A DNA stretch of 64,000 bases from the sequence record MK250029.1; one strand, given 5' to 3'. Of this stretch, positions 12,649-23,524 are shown piece by piece. Below the pieces are notes generated by a model that worked only from the letters and a program-made list of their open reading frames with translations, was not told the DNA's origin and searched no databases. The translations under genes and the position numbers were made by a program. Within the stretch, counting starts at the first letter, position 1. Each line of letters opens with the position of its first letter.

Positions 12649-13356
12649 CTGAAATCTTTTAATTTTAAAAAAGAGTTGAATCCTAAAATATGGAAAAATG
12701 GAAAATTAAAAGATAACATAAGAAAACGCTTAATAAAAATTGCAAAAGAATTTGTTGAATCTACTGAATTAGATTTCATTCCAGTAGATATTGTTATCGT
12801 TGGCTCTATTGCATCATTTAATTGGTCAAAATATTCTGATATTGATTTACATATAATTACAGATTTCAAATAGNNNNNNNNNNNNNNNNNNNNNNNNNNN
12901 NNNNNNNNNNNNNNNNNNNNNNNNNNNNNNNNNNNNNNNNNNNNNNNNNNNNNNNNNNNNNNNNNNNNNNNNNNNNNNNNNNNNNNNNNNNNNNNNNNNN
13001 NNNNNNNNNNNNNNNNNNNNNNNNNNNNNNNNNNNNNNNNNNNNNNNNNNNNNNNNNNNNNNNNACATAAGAAATTAGATAAAGATGCGATAAAAGAAAT
13101 TGCTTCTATGTATATTAATAAAATAGAATATTATAACAGAAAATATGATGAATTAAATAGTGATAAATCTATTTTATTATTATAGTCTAAAGTTGATTAT
13201 TTATATGATTCTATTATATAGGGTAGAAAAAAATCATTACCAATTGATGGTGAACAAGCAACAGGGAATATTGTATTTAAAGTATTAAGAAGAAGTGGAC
13301 ATTTAGAAATGTTAAATAATCTAAAAACAAAAATATTTGACCGATTGAATTCTATT
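12649..13356 (+). CDS. Nucleotidyltransferase (Pol-beta superfamily), partial, TAG-containing
   Basis: VIVGSIASFNWSKYSDIDLHII and, in the same frame after the mask, GEQATGNIVFKVLRRSGHLEML; both ends masked. Confidence 0.75.
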
Positions 13357-13442
13357 NNNNNNNNNNNNNNNNNNNNNNNNGATAAATTAATAATATAAAA
13401 ATAAGGGATTTAAATATACCAAATATTTAAATCCCTTATTTA

Positions 13443-13841
13443 TTAAGATGTTCTAATAACGTCATAACACCATGCGCAATTTAAGAAATCTATGTAGACC
13501 TGTGAATTTCCATTACTTTCTATTCGTAATCGCACAGTTCCCTTATCATAATCTTGATCAATAACATAGAATGTTACTTGTCTACCTCCTTTATTATCAG
13601 TAAAAACATCACCTGTTTTATAAACCTTATATATCTGAGTTTTTGGACTATAAATTGTTATAACATCAGTATTAAGATTAATTGTTAAAACCATATCAGA
13701 TGATTGCCAATCACCCCAATAGTATTTACCGTTATAAATCTTTGCTTCTGCAAATGATGTTGTTTTATAATATTGAATTTGTGCATGTGAAGAAATTACA
13801 AATCCAAATATCATTAAAAAAATAAAAATAAATTTCTTCAT
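13443..13841 (-). CDS. Hypothetical secreted protein (signal peptide)
   Basis: MKKFIFIFLMIFGFVISSHA-Q signal-peptide-like N-terminus. Confidence 0.7.
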   Translation of the reverse strand: MKKFIFIFLMIFGFVISSHAQIQYYKTTSFAEAKIYNGKYYWGDWQSSDMVLTINLNTDVITIYSPKTQIYKVYKTGDVFTDNKGGRQVTFYVIDQDYDKGTVRLRIESNGNSQVYIDFLNCAWCYDVIRTS

Positions 13842-13864
13842 AATAAAATTAATTAAAAAATTAG

Positions 13865-14354
13865 AAGCTTAGATGGGAATCGAACCCATAAAGTTTTTAA
13901 TAACTTACCACACTTATTCACATAAGCAATACTTGAGTAAACTAACAGCTCATCTGTATTTGACTACTGATTTTGATATTATCTCATGATTACTGACTTT
14001 TACTCTCACTACTGTTAACCATTTTTCATTTTTAAGTATTTTGTGGTCTGAACTTTTTTTTACCATATTTAAGTTTGCGCGCTCCTTATTGTAATACCAA
14101 ATGCTCAATGATTAGGTGATAGTCTGCAAATTAACTATACTTCGTGTACTTAAACGTAGGTATCTCCTATAAAGTCTCATCACAATTTATGCTGTAACAC
14201 TACAATTTACATTTAAAATAGATTCACGTTCTATTACAATTTAGTGGAATATAATCTATTATCAAAAATAGATTAATATTCATTAGGGAGATTTTTATCA
14301 CTATGTATTTCTAACATGTGTAAATATTTTTTAAACTTATTCCAAATCTAAGCT
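13865..14354 (-). ncRNA. 490-nt tmRNA-like / tRNA-mimic RNA
   Basis: 5' AGCTTAG pairs with 3' CTAAGCT; T arm ATGGG-TTCGATT-CCCAT; stemless D-loop ATTTGGAAT; long helix AAGTTT..TTTAC.ACA / TGTG.GTAAG..AAACTT; no long ORF; intergenic. Confidence 0.65.
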
Positions 14355-14384
14355 TAACCATGTTTATTATATATTGTTAATATA

Positions 14385-14729
14385 TCAATGTCTACCAAAC
14401 AAAGACAAAAACTTTTTAATTAATGAATTATTAGATTTATTTAGGTTATTATCTGTTTTAATTACACTAATTATATTTGATATATTTGTACCTATTAGCA
14501 TATCTTGACCATCAATTTTTAATGTTATATTATTATACATAATACCTTGATATGTATTATCATCATTTAAAAATGGTATTAATGCTTTACTATACTTATT
14601 TTCTTCTTTGTTTACCGTTTTCTGATAATTAATATATGCATTGCTTTCTAATTTAACAATCAATGCATCCTTATCACTTATATTGGTTCTTACTTTATCT
14701 CCTATATGTAAGTCTTCAATCTTTAACAT
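14385..14729 (-). CDS. Hypothetical protein
   Basis: 114-aa ORF, KOW/YopX-like start (LKIEDLHIGDKV). Confidence 0.6.
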   Translation of the reverse strand: MLKIEDLHIGDKVRTNISDKDALIVKLESNAYINYQKTVNKEENKYSKALIPFLNDDNTYQGIMYNNITLKIDGQDMLIGTNISNIISVIKTDNNLNKSNNSLIKKFLSLFGRH

Positions 14730-15681
14730 AATTTTTAATAAAAATAATTTCTTTTAATAAAGATTCAGTTAAACAGGAAATATATAATTCTTTATTTGAA
14801 TCATCTAACCAATTTACTATAGCTTTATTTATATAAGATATGATGTCTAATATTTTATCTTTATGTCGTTTATCATTTAAGTATTCTTTTAATACATTAA
14901 ATATTACAGTATTATCATATTTGTAATTTTTACTGAATACGAAATCGATTAATGTTTCAAATGAATTAGTATCTGTAAATGTAGCTGTTTCCCCTAATAT
15001 AAATTTAATAATTTCGTTAATATCATTTGTAATAAATTTATCATCTTCTTTTACAGTAACTGGATTCTTCAATAATCCTCTTTTACCGTTATATGTTTTA
15101 TGTCGTAAAAATAAACCTTTATCATATGTTAATGTATATTTCCAGAAATCAGTTAATACATGATCATCATTATATACATCCGGTATATTAGTAGGAATAA
15201 AACTTGCTAAATCAATTAACAAATTTGTTCTATATAAACCTTTGAAGTTTGATTCGTTATTTCTGTAATCTGGTGAATGATACATAAATTTTGAATATTC
15301 TATATCATTAGAAAACATTAAATCTACTTGAACAACATCTCTAACCCACTTAACACCAAAAGAAATTATATGAAAACCAGAACTGACTTTTATTTGAGGT
15401 TCATTATTAGAAAACGCTGGACAAATCTTATTACGAATACAATTTTCTATTGCATTAATATTGTTATCAGAGAATTCAAGTTCAACAGCAATATCAATAT
15501 CGCCTGAATACTCATCATCTTTTTTCTTCCCTGTTGAACCTAATGTGCATGCATTAAAATTCATTATATTTCCGTCAGTATCTTTACAATTATGTGTTAA
15601 ATTATCTATTACCATACTTGCTATATATACTGCATCAAAATTTCTAACAGGCACAGAGCCTTTAATTGCCATACCACTCAT
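14716..15681 (-). CDS. Nucleotidyltransferase (Pol-beta superfamily)
   Basis: TLGSTGKK...SGDIDIAVE and later VQVDLMF (GS..DxD..D signature). Confidence 0.75.
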   Translation of the reverse strand: MSGMAIKGSVPVRNFDAVYIASMVIDNLTHNCKDTDGNIMNFNACTLGSTGKKKDDEYSGDIDIAVELEFSDNNINAIENCIRNKICPAFSNNEPQIKVSSGFHIISFGVKWVRDVVQVDLMFSNDIEYSKFMYHSPDYRNNESNFKGLYRTNLLIDLASFIPTNIPDVYNDDHVLTDFWKYTLTYDKGLFLRHKTYNGKRGLLKNPVTVKEDDKFITNDINEIIKFILGETATFTDTNSFETLIDFVFSKNYKYDNTVIFNVLKEYLNDKRHKDKILDIISYINKAIVNWLDDSNKELYISCLTESLLKEIIFIKNYVKD

Positions 15682-15993
15682 ATTATAATTTAATTAAATA
15701 TATTCATATTTTGTAATTTATAATAAACTTAATGAGAAAAGTCTTTTATAATAATAAAGAAAAAATAAATTTTAGCTAACTTATATNNNNNNNNNNNNNN
15801 NNNNNNNNNNNNNNNNNNNNNNNNNNNNNNNNNNNNNNNNNNNNNNNNNNNNNNNNNNNNNNNNNNNNNNNNNNNNNNNNNNNNNNNNNNNNNNNNNNNN
15901 NNNNNNNNNNNNNNNNNNNNNNNNNNNNNNNNNNNNNNNNNNNNNNNNNNNNNNNNNNNNNNNNNNNNNNNNNNNNNNNNNNNNNNNNNNNNN

Positions 15994-17337
15994 AAAGATA
16001 TTGAAATTGATGGTTGTATAGTATGTCATTCTATTGAAGATGCTATCAGTTATTCAAAAGAAATTAAAATGGATTCTGCATTCATTATTGGTGGTGGATC
16101 TATTTATAAAGAAGCAATTAACAAAGATCTTATTGATATTTTATATATTGATTTTTTAAATACAGGTTTATCTGATGAAGATTTTGATACTTATTTTGAA
16201 TTTCCTCCTGTTGAACAAACATATCGTACATGTGAAAATTTAACAGATTATAATCCAAATTCAAATATTAATCCGGTTATTTCATACAGAGAACGTACAT
16301 TTGTTACAACTGATTATGATTATTTGTCATTAATGAATAAAATTATTAAAAATGGAAAAACAAAACATACACGTGCAGGTGAAACATTATCTATTTTTGG
16401 TGAAATGCTTTCATTTGATTTAAGAAAAGGTTTACCTATTCTCACAACAAAGAAAGTGTATTCAAAAGGTTGTATTCATGAATTGTTATGGATTTTACAT
16501 GGTGATACAAATATAAAGTATCTTGTTGAAAATAATACTCATATATGGGATGATGATGCATACAGATATTATTTGCAGAAATTTGAATCTGATAAAGATG
16601 TAAAGACAACAAAAGAACAGTTTATTAACCGTGTAATTAAACAGGATATTATTCATTATGTTGAAGATGGTGATATGAATAGCNNNNNNNNNNNNNNNNN
16701 NNNNNNNNNNNNNNNNNNNNNNNNNNNNNNNNNNNNNNNNNNNNNNNNNNNNNNNNNNNNNNNNNNNNNNNNNNNNNNNNNNNNNNNNNNNNNNNNNNNN
16801 NNNNNNNNNNNNNNNNNNNNNNNNNNNNNNNNNNNNNNNNNNNNNNNNNNNNNNNNTTGTCATTACTTATCACAATGGTATGTAACTGAAATGAATAACT
16901 ATGAAAGAAATGAAGAATATCATAAAAGATATAATATCAATGTAGATGATAATAAACTATTATCTGATGAAGAATTAGATAAATTAGGAATTCCACATCA
17001 ATATTTAAGCTGTATGTGGATGCAGAGATCTGTTGATACATGTTTAGGTTTACCATATGATTTATTGAGTTATTCTATATTAACTCATCTTATTGCACAG
17101 ATTTGTAATATGGTTCCTTATGAAGTTAAATGTTCACTTGGTGATTGTCATATATATAAGAACCAGTTATCCGGTGCAATTAAACAAATTCAGAGAAATC
17201 CGTTTAAATATGAACCTGCACAACTTGTGCTTAATAAAGAAATTAAAGATATTAATGATTTTAAATATGATGATATTAAAATTGTAAATTATAATTCATA
17301 TTCAACAGTTAAATATCCACTTTCTGTTGGACTTTAA
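15994..17337 (+). CDS. thyA: Bifunctional dihydrofolate reductase-thymidylate synthase (5' part masked)
   Basis: DHFR C-half (IVCHSIEDAI, AFIIGGGSIYKEA) in frame with ThyA motifs (LPILTTKKV, ELLWILHGDTN, QRSVDTCLGLPYD, GDCHIYKN). Confidence 0.9.
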   Translation, partial: KDIEIDGCIVCHSIEDAISYSKEIKMDSAFIIGGGSIYKEAINKDLIDILYIDFLNTGLSDEDFDTYFEFPPVEQTYRTCENLTDYNPNSNINPVISYRERTFVTTDYDYLSLMNKIIKNGKTKHTRAGETLSIFGEMLSFDLRKGLPILTTKKVYSKGCIHELLWILHGDTNIKYLVENNTHIWDDDAYRYYLQKFESDKDVKTTKEQFINRVIKQDIIHYVEDGDMNSXXXXXXXXXXXXXXXXXXXXXXXXXXXXXXXXXXXXXXXXXXXXXXXXXXXXXXXXXXCHYLSQWYVTEMNNYERNEEYHKRYNINVDDNKLLSDEELDKLGIPHQYLSCMWMQRSVDTCLGLPYDLLSYSILTHLIAQICNMVPYEVKCSLGDCHIYKNQLSGAIKQIQRNPFKYEPAQLVLNKEIKDINDFKYDDIKIVNYNSYSTVKYPLSVGL

Positions 17338-17343
17338 AAAAAT

Positions 17344-17377
17344 AAAGGTTGAAACATTCCAAAATGTTTCAACCTTT
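17344..17377. terminator. Hairpin between convergent thyA and CLec gene
   Basis: AAAGGTTGAAACATT-ccaa-AATGTTTCAACCTTT, perfect 15-bp stem. Confidence 0.75.
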
Positions 17378-17393
17378 TATATTTAAATATATA

Positions 17394-18284
17394 TTATACT
17401 TCTAAAGCTAAGAAACCTAAGACAGGGTAGTCTGCATACTTACCGGTGTTGTAGACGCGTCCATCATCGAGACCGAAACTGCGCACATCGTCTTTATCGT
17501 ACTCTCTACTACTCCAATAATTGTTGTCCTCACTAAAACCACTACCTTTTATAGCTGTACGTTTTTCATTTATAACTGTTTTGTTTGCATAAATTTGATA
17601 TAATTCGCCAGGCATTGGTAAATACCAGTCACCGGATTTAGTACCAGGTGTTGAATATGCAACACAACAACATGCAGGTGCACAATAACCTGCATCAGGA
17701 TTATTTGTTACTCCATCACATATGTTCTAATCCTGATTTGTTGCTTTAGATAAACATTGTTGTGTATTCCATTTACCTCCTATATATGCAATTTTTTCAG
17801 TTCCACCCTTTACATTACCTACATCAACGCTATCATTTCCAAAATACATATCCACATCTTGTGGAAGTGGATTTCCATTTGCTGGTGTTTTATAATCCAT
17901 ATAATTTATAGAAACAAATCTGGCTGTTTTAACAGCACCCGTTGAATCATCACCATTTTTGAAGTTTTCAGTAACCTCGGGAATTACACAAATTGCAATT
18001 GCAGTGTTATTCACATTATTTGTCTATGCATCAAGTGTTAACTTACCATCTGAAGTTGAATAAAGAATATCTGCAACAGCAGGTTTCTTTTTACTAGATG
18101 AAGCATCCAATTTAACTGGTTCCATATTTACTGAACCTAACATCAAACAATTAGGTCCAGGATGTCTTTCATCTATAAATTTAGTCGTCTAAGACTGATA
18201 TACAAATGCACCATCTTTATGATGAATCTATAAAGCAGCTTCATTCATTAATTCATCAGTTGCAAACTATTTAATAAATTTCAT
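17394..18284 (-). CDS. DUF1566/C-type-lectin-fold protein, candidate DGR target (296 aa, five TAGs)
   Basis: Joins track ORFs 17727-18014 and 17394-17615; C-terminus GDWYLPMPGEL..IY.N...IN...YWSSREY...F.LDDG.V...K...VLGFLAL. Confidence 0.8.
17412..17528 (-). repeat. Putative DGR variable repeat (VR)
   Basis: 16 of 39 codons end in C; 54/117 bases G+C (46%) in a very AT-rich genome; located at the 3' end of a CLec-fold gene. Confidence 0.65.
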
Positions 18285-18424
18285 AAATAATATATTTTTT
18301 ATTATATTTATACTGACAATTACTAACTTTTATGGAATCTTATAACTTTATAAACATAACTAAATAGAATATTTCATAATTAAGTTATATTTTTATAAAA
18401 ACTTAATATTTTATCAAATTTCTA

Positions 18425-18928
18425 TCAATTTAATCCTATTTTCTTCAGTTTTTCATATAAATTTTGATAAAATTTTTCAACCAGTATAATATATCTTGAA
18501 TTACCATTTTCATCTATAATTTCATTAAAATAATCAGAATATTTTTCAACAATTTGTTTTACATATTCACTTTCATTATTTTTATAAATTACATATTGTG
18601 CATCAACTTCTTGTTTAGCATTTCTTGGACAATTAGTCTTTGTATAGTGTGAACATTCCCAATCGATAATAGTTGCTTCATAATCATAATTATCACATTT
18701 ATGATATTTTCCCATTTGTAAAAAATAATATTCTGGATGATGTTTATTATGAAATCTATGAAATTTCTGTAATGTTTTATATGGTACTATTAATTTAAGA
18801 AATGGTTTTTCCATATCATGAAACAGATATTTAAATTTCCAGCATTTTTGATTTAATGCAACCATATTAAATGAACACCAGTGTGCAAACCAATATTTAA
18901 ATGAACTTCTTTCTGCTTTATCAAACAT
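18425..18928 (-). CDS. HD-domain-like protein (DUF5662-like)
   Basis: H...FHD.EK...H...NKHHPEY...IIDW pattern. Confidence 0.55.
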   Translation of the reverse strand: MFDKAERSSFKYWFAHWCSFNMVALNQKCWKFKYLFHDMEKPFLKLIVPYKTLQKFHRFHNKHHPEYYFLQMGKYHKCDNYDYEATIIDWECSHYTKTNCPRNAKQEVDAQYVIYKNNESEYVKQIVEKYSDYFNEIIDENGNSRYIILVEKFYQNLYEKLKKIGLN

Positions 18929-19007
18929 AATTTTATATTTTATTTTTAAAAATTAAAAGGAAGATTCCAAATATATTACAATATTAGAATCTTCCTTTTA
19001 TTATAAG

Positions 19008-19376
19008 TTAATAAACATTTTCATTTGTTATATCAGATAATTTAGCATCTGTTACAACAATATAAATTTTAGAATTAATTTCTTGTTCTGGATCCTCTAT
19101 GAAATCATATCTAATTACCTTATATGGAATTAAATTTGTTTGTGTTTCATTTGGACACCATATAATAGAATCTTGATTAGGAAGAGTATCAACATGGAAA
19201 TCACAGATATGTATAATATCTGGTATATCATTATCTTCTGTTACTTTATATTTAATAATACATATATTTGTCTTATTTTGTAGACTTATATTATTATCAA
19301 TAACTTCTTTTTCTATTTCTTCTTCCTGTTCTAATTCAGTTTTTTTATTATTAAATAGTTGTTTAAAAATATTCAT
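19008..19376 (-). CDS. Hypothetical protein
   Basis: 122-aa ORF. Confidence 0.6.
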   Translation of the reverse strand: MNIFKQLFNNKKTELEQEEEIEKEVIDNNISLQNKTNICIIKYKVTEDNDIPDIIHICDFHVDTLPNQDSIIWCPNETQTNLIPYKVIRYDFIEDPEQEINSKIYIVVTDAKLSDITNENVY

Positions 19377-19380
19377 TTAA

Positions 19381-19785
19381 TTAATCAACTGGTTCCCAAA
19401 GGATACTTTGTTTATTTTGATCTTCAATAATTTCCATAAGAGGTCTTGCATGTTTGAAGTCAAGATTTGCTATAAATGAAACAATCTTATCCATTTCTTC
19501 AATAGGCATTCTATCATACTTCTGTTCAATATATTTAACCAAATCAATAAGCTTAATCTGATCATTATTTGAATTCTTTAAAATAGTTGCATATGGAAGT
19601 GTATCAACAGTTTCATGGAAAAGTTGCATGAACTTATTTGTACATTTAATAAGTTTTTCATATGACTTTGTTTCAGGTTCTGGCATATCTGAATCATCAT
19701 CCATGACAATCATTTCTGGATCAATAGTATTATCTAATTTTGAAGACTTTACTTCTTCTGCTTCAATGATTTTATCTTTACTCAT
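19381..19785 (-). CDS. Hypothetical protein
   Basis: 134-aa ORF, co-oriented with baseplate genes. Confidence 0.65.
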   Translation of the reverse strand: MSKDKIIEAEEVKSSKLDNTIDPEMIVMDDDSDMPEPETKSYEKLIKCTNKFMQLFHETVDTLPYATILKNSNNDQIKLIDLVKYIEQKYDRMPIEEMDKIVSFIANLDFKHARPLMEIIEDQNKQSILWEPVD

Positions 19786-19799
19786 TTTCTTTATATTAT

Positions 19800-20054
19800 T
19801 TAGATTTTTGGTATATTAAAATTTGGGGTTGGTATATTAGGTGGTTGATAACTATTTGTTAAACCTGATGGATTACTCATTTGATTTTTTAAATCATTCA
19901 TGTTATAACGACTTTGCATATTATTCATTTGTTTTTCCATACGCTGATTTTCTTCTTTATTTTGTTTTTCTTGCTCTTCCATATTTTCTTTATAAACATC
20001 TAATATATCAAGAATTTCAAAAAAAGACATTTCTTTAATATCTTGAAAACTTAG
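19800..20054 (-). CDS. Baseplate hub assembly chaperone-like C-terminus (T4 gp51-like; 5' masked)
   Basis: LSFQDIKEMSFFEILDILDVYKENMEEQEK resembles the gp51/gp26 C-terminal pattern. Confidence 0.45.
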   Translation of the reverse strand, partial: LSFQDIKEMSFFEILDILDVYKENMEEQEKQNKEENQRMEKQMNNMQSRYNMNDLKNQMSNPSGLTNSYQPPNIPTPNFNIPKI

Positions 20055-21249
20055 NNNNNNNNNNNNNNNNNNNNNNNNNNNNNNNNNNNNNNNNNNNNNN
20101 NNNNNNNNNNNNNNNNNNNNNNNNNNNNNNNNNNNNNNNNNNNNNNNNNNNNNNNNNNNNNNNNNNNNNNNNNNNNNNNNNNNNNNNNNNNNNNNNNNNN
20201 NNNNNNNNNNNNNNNNNNNNNNNNNNNNNNNNNNNNNNNNNNNNNNNNNNNNNNNNNNNNNNNNNNNNNNNNNNNNNNNNNNNNNNNNNNNNNNNNNNNN
20301 NNNNNNNNNNNNNNNNNNNNNNNNNNNNNNNNNNNNNNNNNNNNNNNNNNNNNNNNNNNNNNNNNNNNNNNNNNNNNNNNNNNNNNNNNNNNNNNNNNNN
20401 NNNNNNNNNNNNNNNNNNNNNNNNNNNNNNNNNNNNNNNNNNNNNNNNNNNNNNNNNNNNNNNNNNNNNNNNNNNNNNNNNNNNNNNNNNNNNNNNNNNN
20501 NNNNNNNNNNNNNNNNNNNNNNNNNNNNNNNNNNNNNNNNNNNNNNNNNNNNNNNNNNNNNNNNNNNNNNNNNNNNNNNNNNNNNNNNNNNNNNNNNNNN
20601 NNNNNNNNNNNNNNNNNNNNNNNNNNNNNNNNNNNNNNNNNNNNNNNNNNNNNNNNNNNNNNNNNNNNNNNNNNNNNNNNNNNNNNNNNNNNNNNNNNNN
20701 NNNNNNNNNNNNNNNNNNNNNNNNNNNNNNNNNNNNNNNNNNNNNNNNNNTATAAAATCTGTCAATTTCTTTAAGGTCTTTCCATGTTGCCTGCCCAGTT
20801 GGAAATGAAATCTTCATACAACGTTCAATGATATAACTTAATGCATCATCAATTGCACTTACATCTGTTTCATCTGTCATAGACCAGTGTCTAATATCAC
20901 CACCTGATGCTGCACGTACAAAAATTCGTGTTCCTTCTGGATAGAAAATACCACCCGTTGGAAGAGACTCTAATGGTAATTCAAGAAATCCCATACCACT
21001 GTCATGAATTTCTTTCTTCAATTCATCCTGACGTATTGCATGTGCTTCTCTCATACTTGGTCGTGCTTTCGCATCTGCAACTTGCTCTGCAAAATGTTCC
21101 TGTGCTGTTTGTACATTTTCTACACTTGGTGCTTTCTTTGTGTTTGCTTTTGTCTTTCCTTGTTCAATCTCTGCAAGATGTGCTGCACCTTCTGCTGTCT
21201 ATGCATACTGTGCAAGAACATCTTCTACTGTATGTTTCTAATCTGACAT
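20035..21249 (-). CDS. Baseplate hub protein, T4 gp26-like (middle masked; 3' end uncertain)
   Basis: LELPLESLPTGGIFYPEG..IFVRA; start extended to ATG 21249 across TAGs at codons 4 and 17. Confidence 0.55.
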
Positions 21250-21320
21250 AATTTCGAAATTATTGTTTGTTTTATTTTATACTAAATTATTTAACTTTTG
21301 TTTACTTTATTTTATTAAGA

Positions 21321-23465
21321 CTAGTATTCTACTTTTCCTTCATAAAGAGTTGATTGNNNNNNNNNNNNNNNNNNNNNNNNNNNNNNNNNNNNNNNNNNNN
21401 NNNNNNNNNNNNNNNNNNNNNNNNNNNNNNNNNNNNNNNNNNNNNNNNNNNNNNNNNNNNNNNNNNNNNNNNNNNNNNNNNNNNNNNNNNNNNNNNNNNN
21501 NNNNNNNNNNNNNNNNNNNNNNNNNNNNNNNNNNNNNNNNNNNNNNNNNNNNNNNNNNNNNNNNNNNNNNNNNNNNNNNNNNNNNNNNNNNNNNNNNNNN
21601 NNNNNNNNNNNNNNNNNNNNNNNNNNNNNNNNNNNNNNNNNNNNNNNNNNNNNNNNNNNNNNNNNNNNNNNNNNNNNNNNNNNNNNNNNNNNNNNNNNNN
21701 NNNNNNNNNNNNNNNNNNNNNNNNNNNNNNNNNNNNNNNNNNNNNNNNNNNNNNNNNNNNNNNNNNNNNNNNNNNNNNNNNNNNNNNNNNNNNNNNNNNN
21801 NNNNNNNNNNNNNNNNNNNNNNNNNNNNNNNNNNNNNNNNNNNNNNNNNNNNNNNNNNNNNNNNNNNNNNNNNNNNNNNNNNNNNNNNNNNNNNNNNNNN
21901 NNNNNNNNNNNNNNNNNNNNNNNNNNNNNNNNNNNNNNNCTAATAGAATTACATTTCATATTATTTCTTATTTGTGGTTTAGGTGTATATTTACATTTCC
22001 AAAATGAGCCTTCTATATCTTTATTATGTTTTGAATAATCGATTATATTAGTAAAACTTTCTATTGACTCTATTGTATCAGTTTTCCCATCACTTTCTAA
22101 TAATCTTGTATTCGGTATATAATTATATGTAACAGTAACTTCATTATAAATAATCCATTTTGCAGCATTATCNNNNNNNNNNNNNNNNNNNNNNNNNNNN
22201 NNNACATTAGATAAATTATCATAAAACGCTTCAGAAACCAATGGAATCTCATTATATTCTATTCTTCTCATAATATCATCTGAAAGCTCAACTACATTAT
22301 TTCCTTCGCCATATACTGGATAATATACAATTTCTTTATTATCAATATCCTCATATATTCTTATATTGAAGTAATCAGAATTCGATTTATACTTTATAGC
22401 AATCTGATTTATTGGATCTTGATGGAATGTACTTGCATATATATTAGGATCTGTTGATGTAAGATTACCTTCTGAAACTGTTGCAAAATTTATAATTAAT
22501 GTAGGATCACTCAATATCTCATATACTAATGTACGTTGTGTATTATCATTTGGTATTTTTCCATAATTTAGTATATGATCATTTTCATCTTTAATTAATT
22601 CACCATGTCCATATTTACTTTCTACTGATAATTTTAAATGATTTAATGACATATAATATGCGGATGGTACAAAAAATTCTATATATCTATCATAAAAACA
22701 ACCATTCTGATATATTGGAGATTTATGCCAATGAACAGCATCTGAAAGAATAGTCAAACATTCTTTAGGGNNNNNNNNNNNNNNNNNNNNNNNNNNNNNN
22801 NNNNTCTATGACAATTTTTCAACCTCTGTTTGTTTTGCTCCATTCTAATATGCATACTATACTGCAGTTGGATTATCATTTGCAGTTACAACATTATTAT
22901 CATCTATCAATATAGATTCAGCTTCAAATATAGGATTATGATATTCATCATACATTTTATATGTATTACTATTTTGATACATTTTCTAAGAAGGTGCTAA
23001 ATATCCTGCATTCGTTTTTACTTGTAATGTTATACCAGCTAATCTATCTAATGTAAAACCATATATAAAANNNNNNNNNNNNNNNNNNNNNNNNNNTTTA
23101 CCACCTTTATGTTCTGTATATGTATCTACATGATCCACAATATTTAATAAAGAATCATTACTATATTTGCCATCTTGCTATTTTTTTAAACCAACAAATG
23201 TATATTCTGACATTGATTCATCTGGGAACTTAATAAAATACTAAGCTTTAGAATATCTATACTTTTCTGAATCATCCTCATTTAGTTTCTACTACTTATC
23301 TGAATTCCGCTTATCTGTATAATATATATTACCATCTTTACCTATATATACTGTATAATCTATTGATTTTTCATCAGGTTCACCACCATTTGCATCATAC
23401 TAATTAGCTACATATTCTAACATTATCTGATTAGTAACCTAATAAAACTTTGATAATTCTGCCAT
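21321..23465 (-). CDS. Large hypothetical protein, probably virion-structural (TAG-rich, partly masked)
   Basis: ATG 23465 (MAELSKFY(Q)VTN(Q)IMLEY) is in frame with track ORF 21321-22757; located between spanin-like and baseplate genes. Confidence 0.6.
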
Positions 23466-23524
23466 CTTTCTTTATTACTTATTAATTGTAAATTATTTAT
23501 TAATGATATTTCACCATATCAATT

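Noticed and set aside
13865-14354. Ordinary tRNA with a group I intron
   Set aside because: No D stem or reconstructable 7-nt anticodon loop, and I could not identify group I core motifs; not fully excluded without Infernal.
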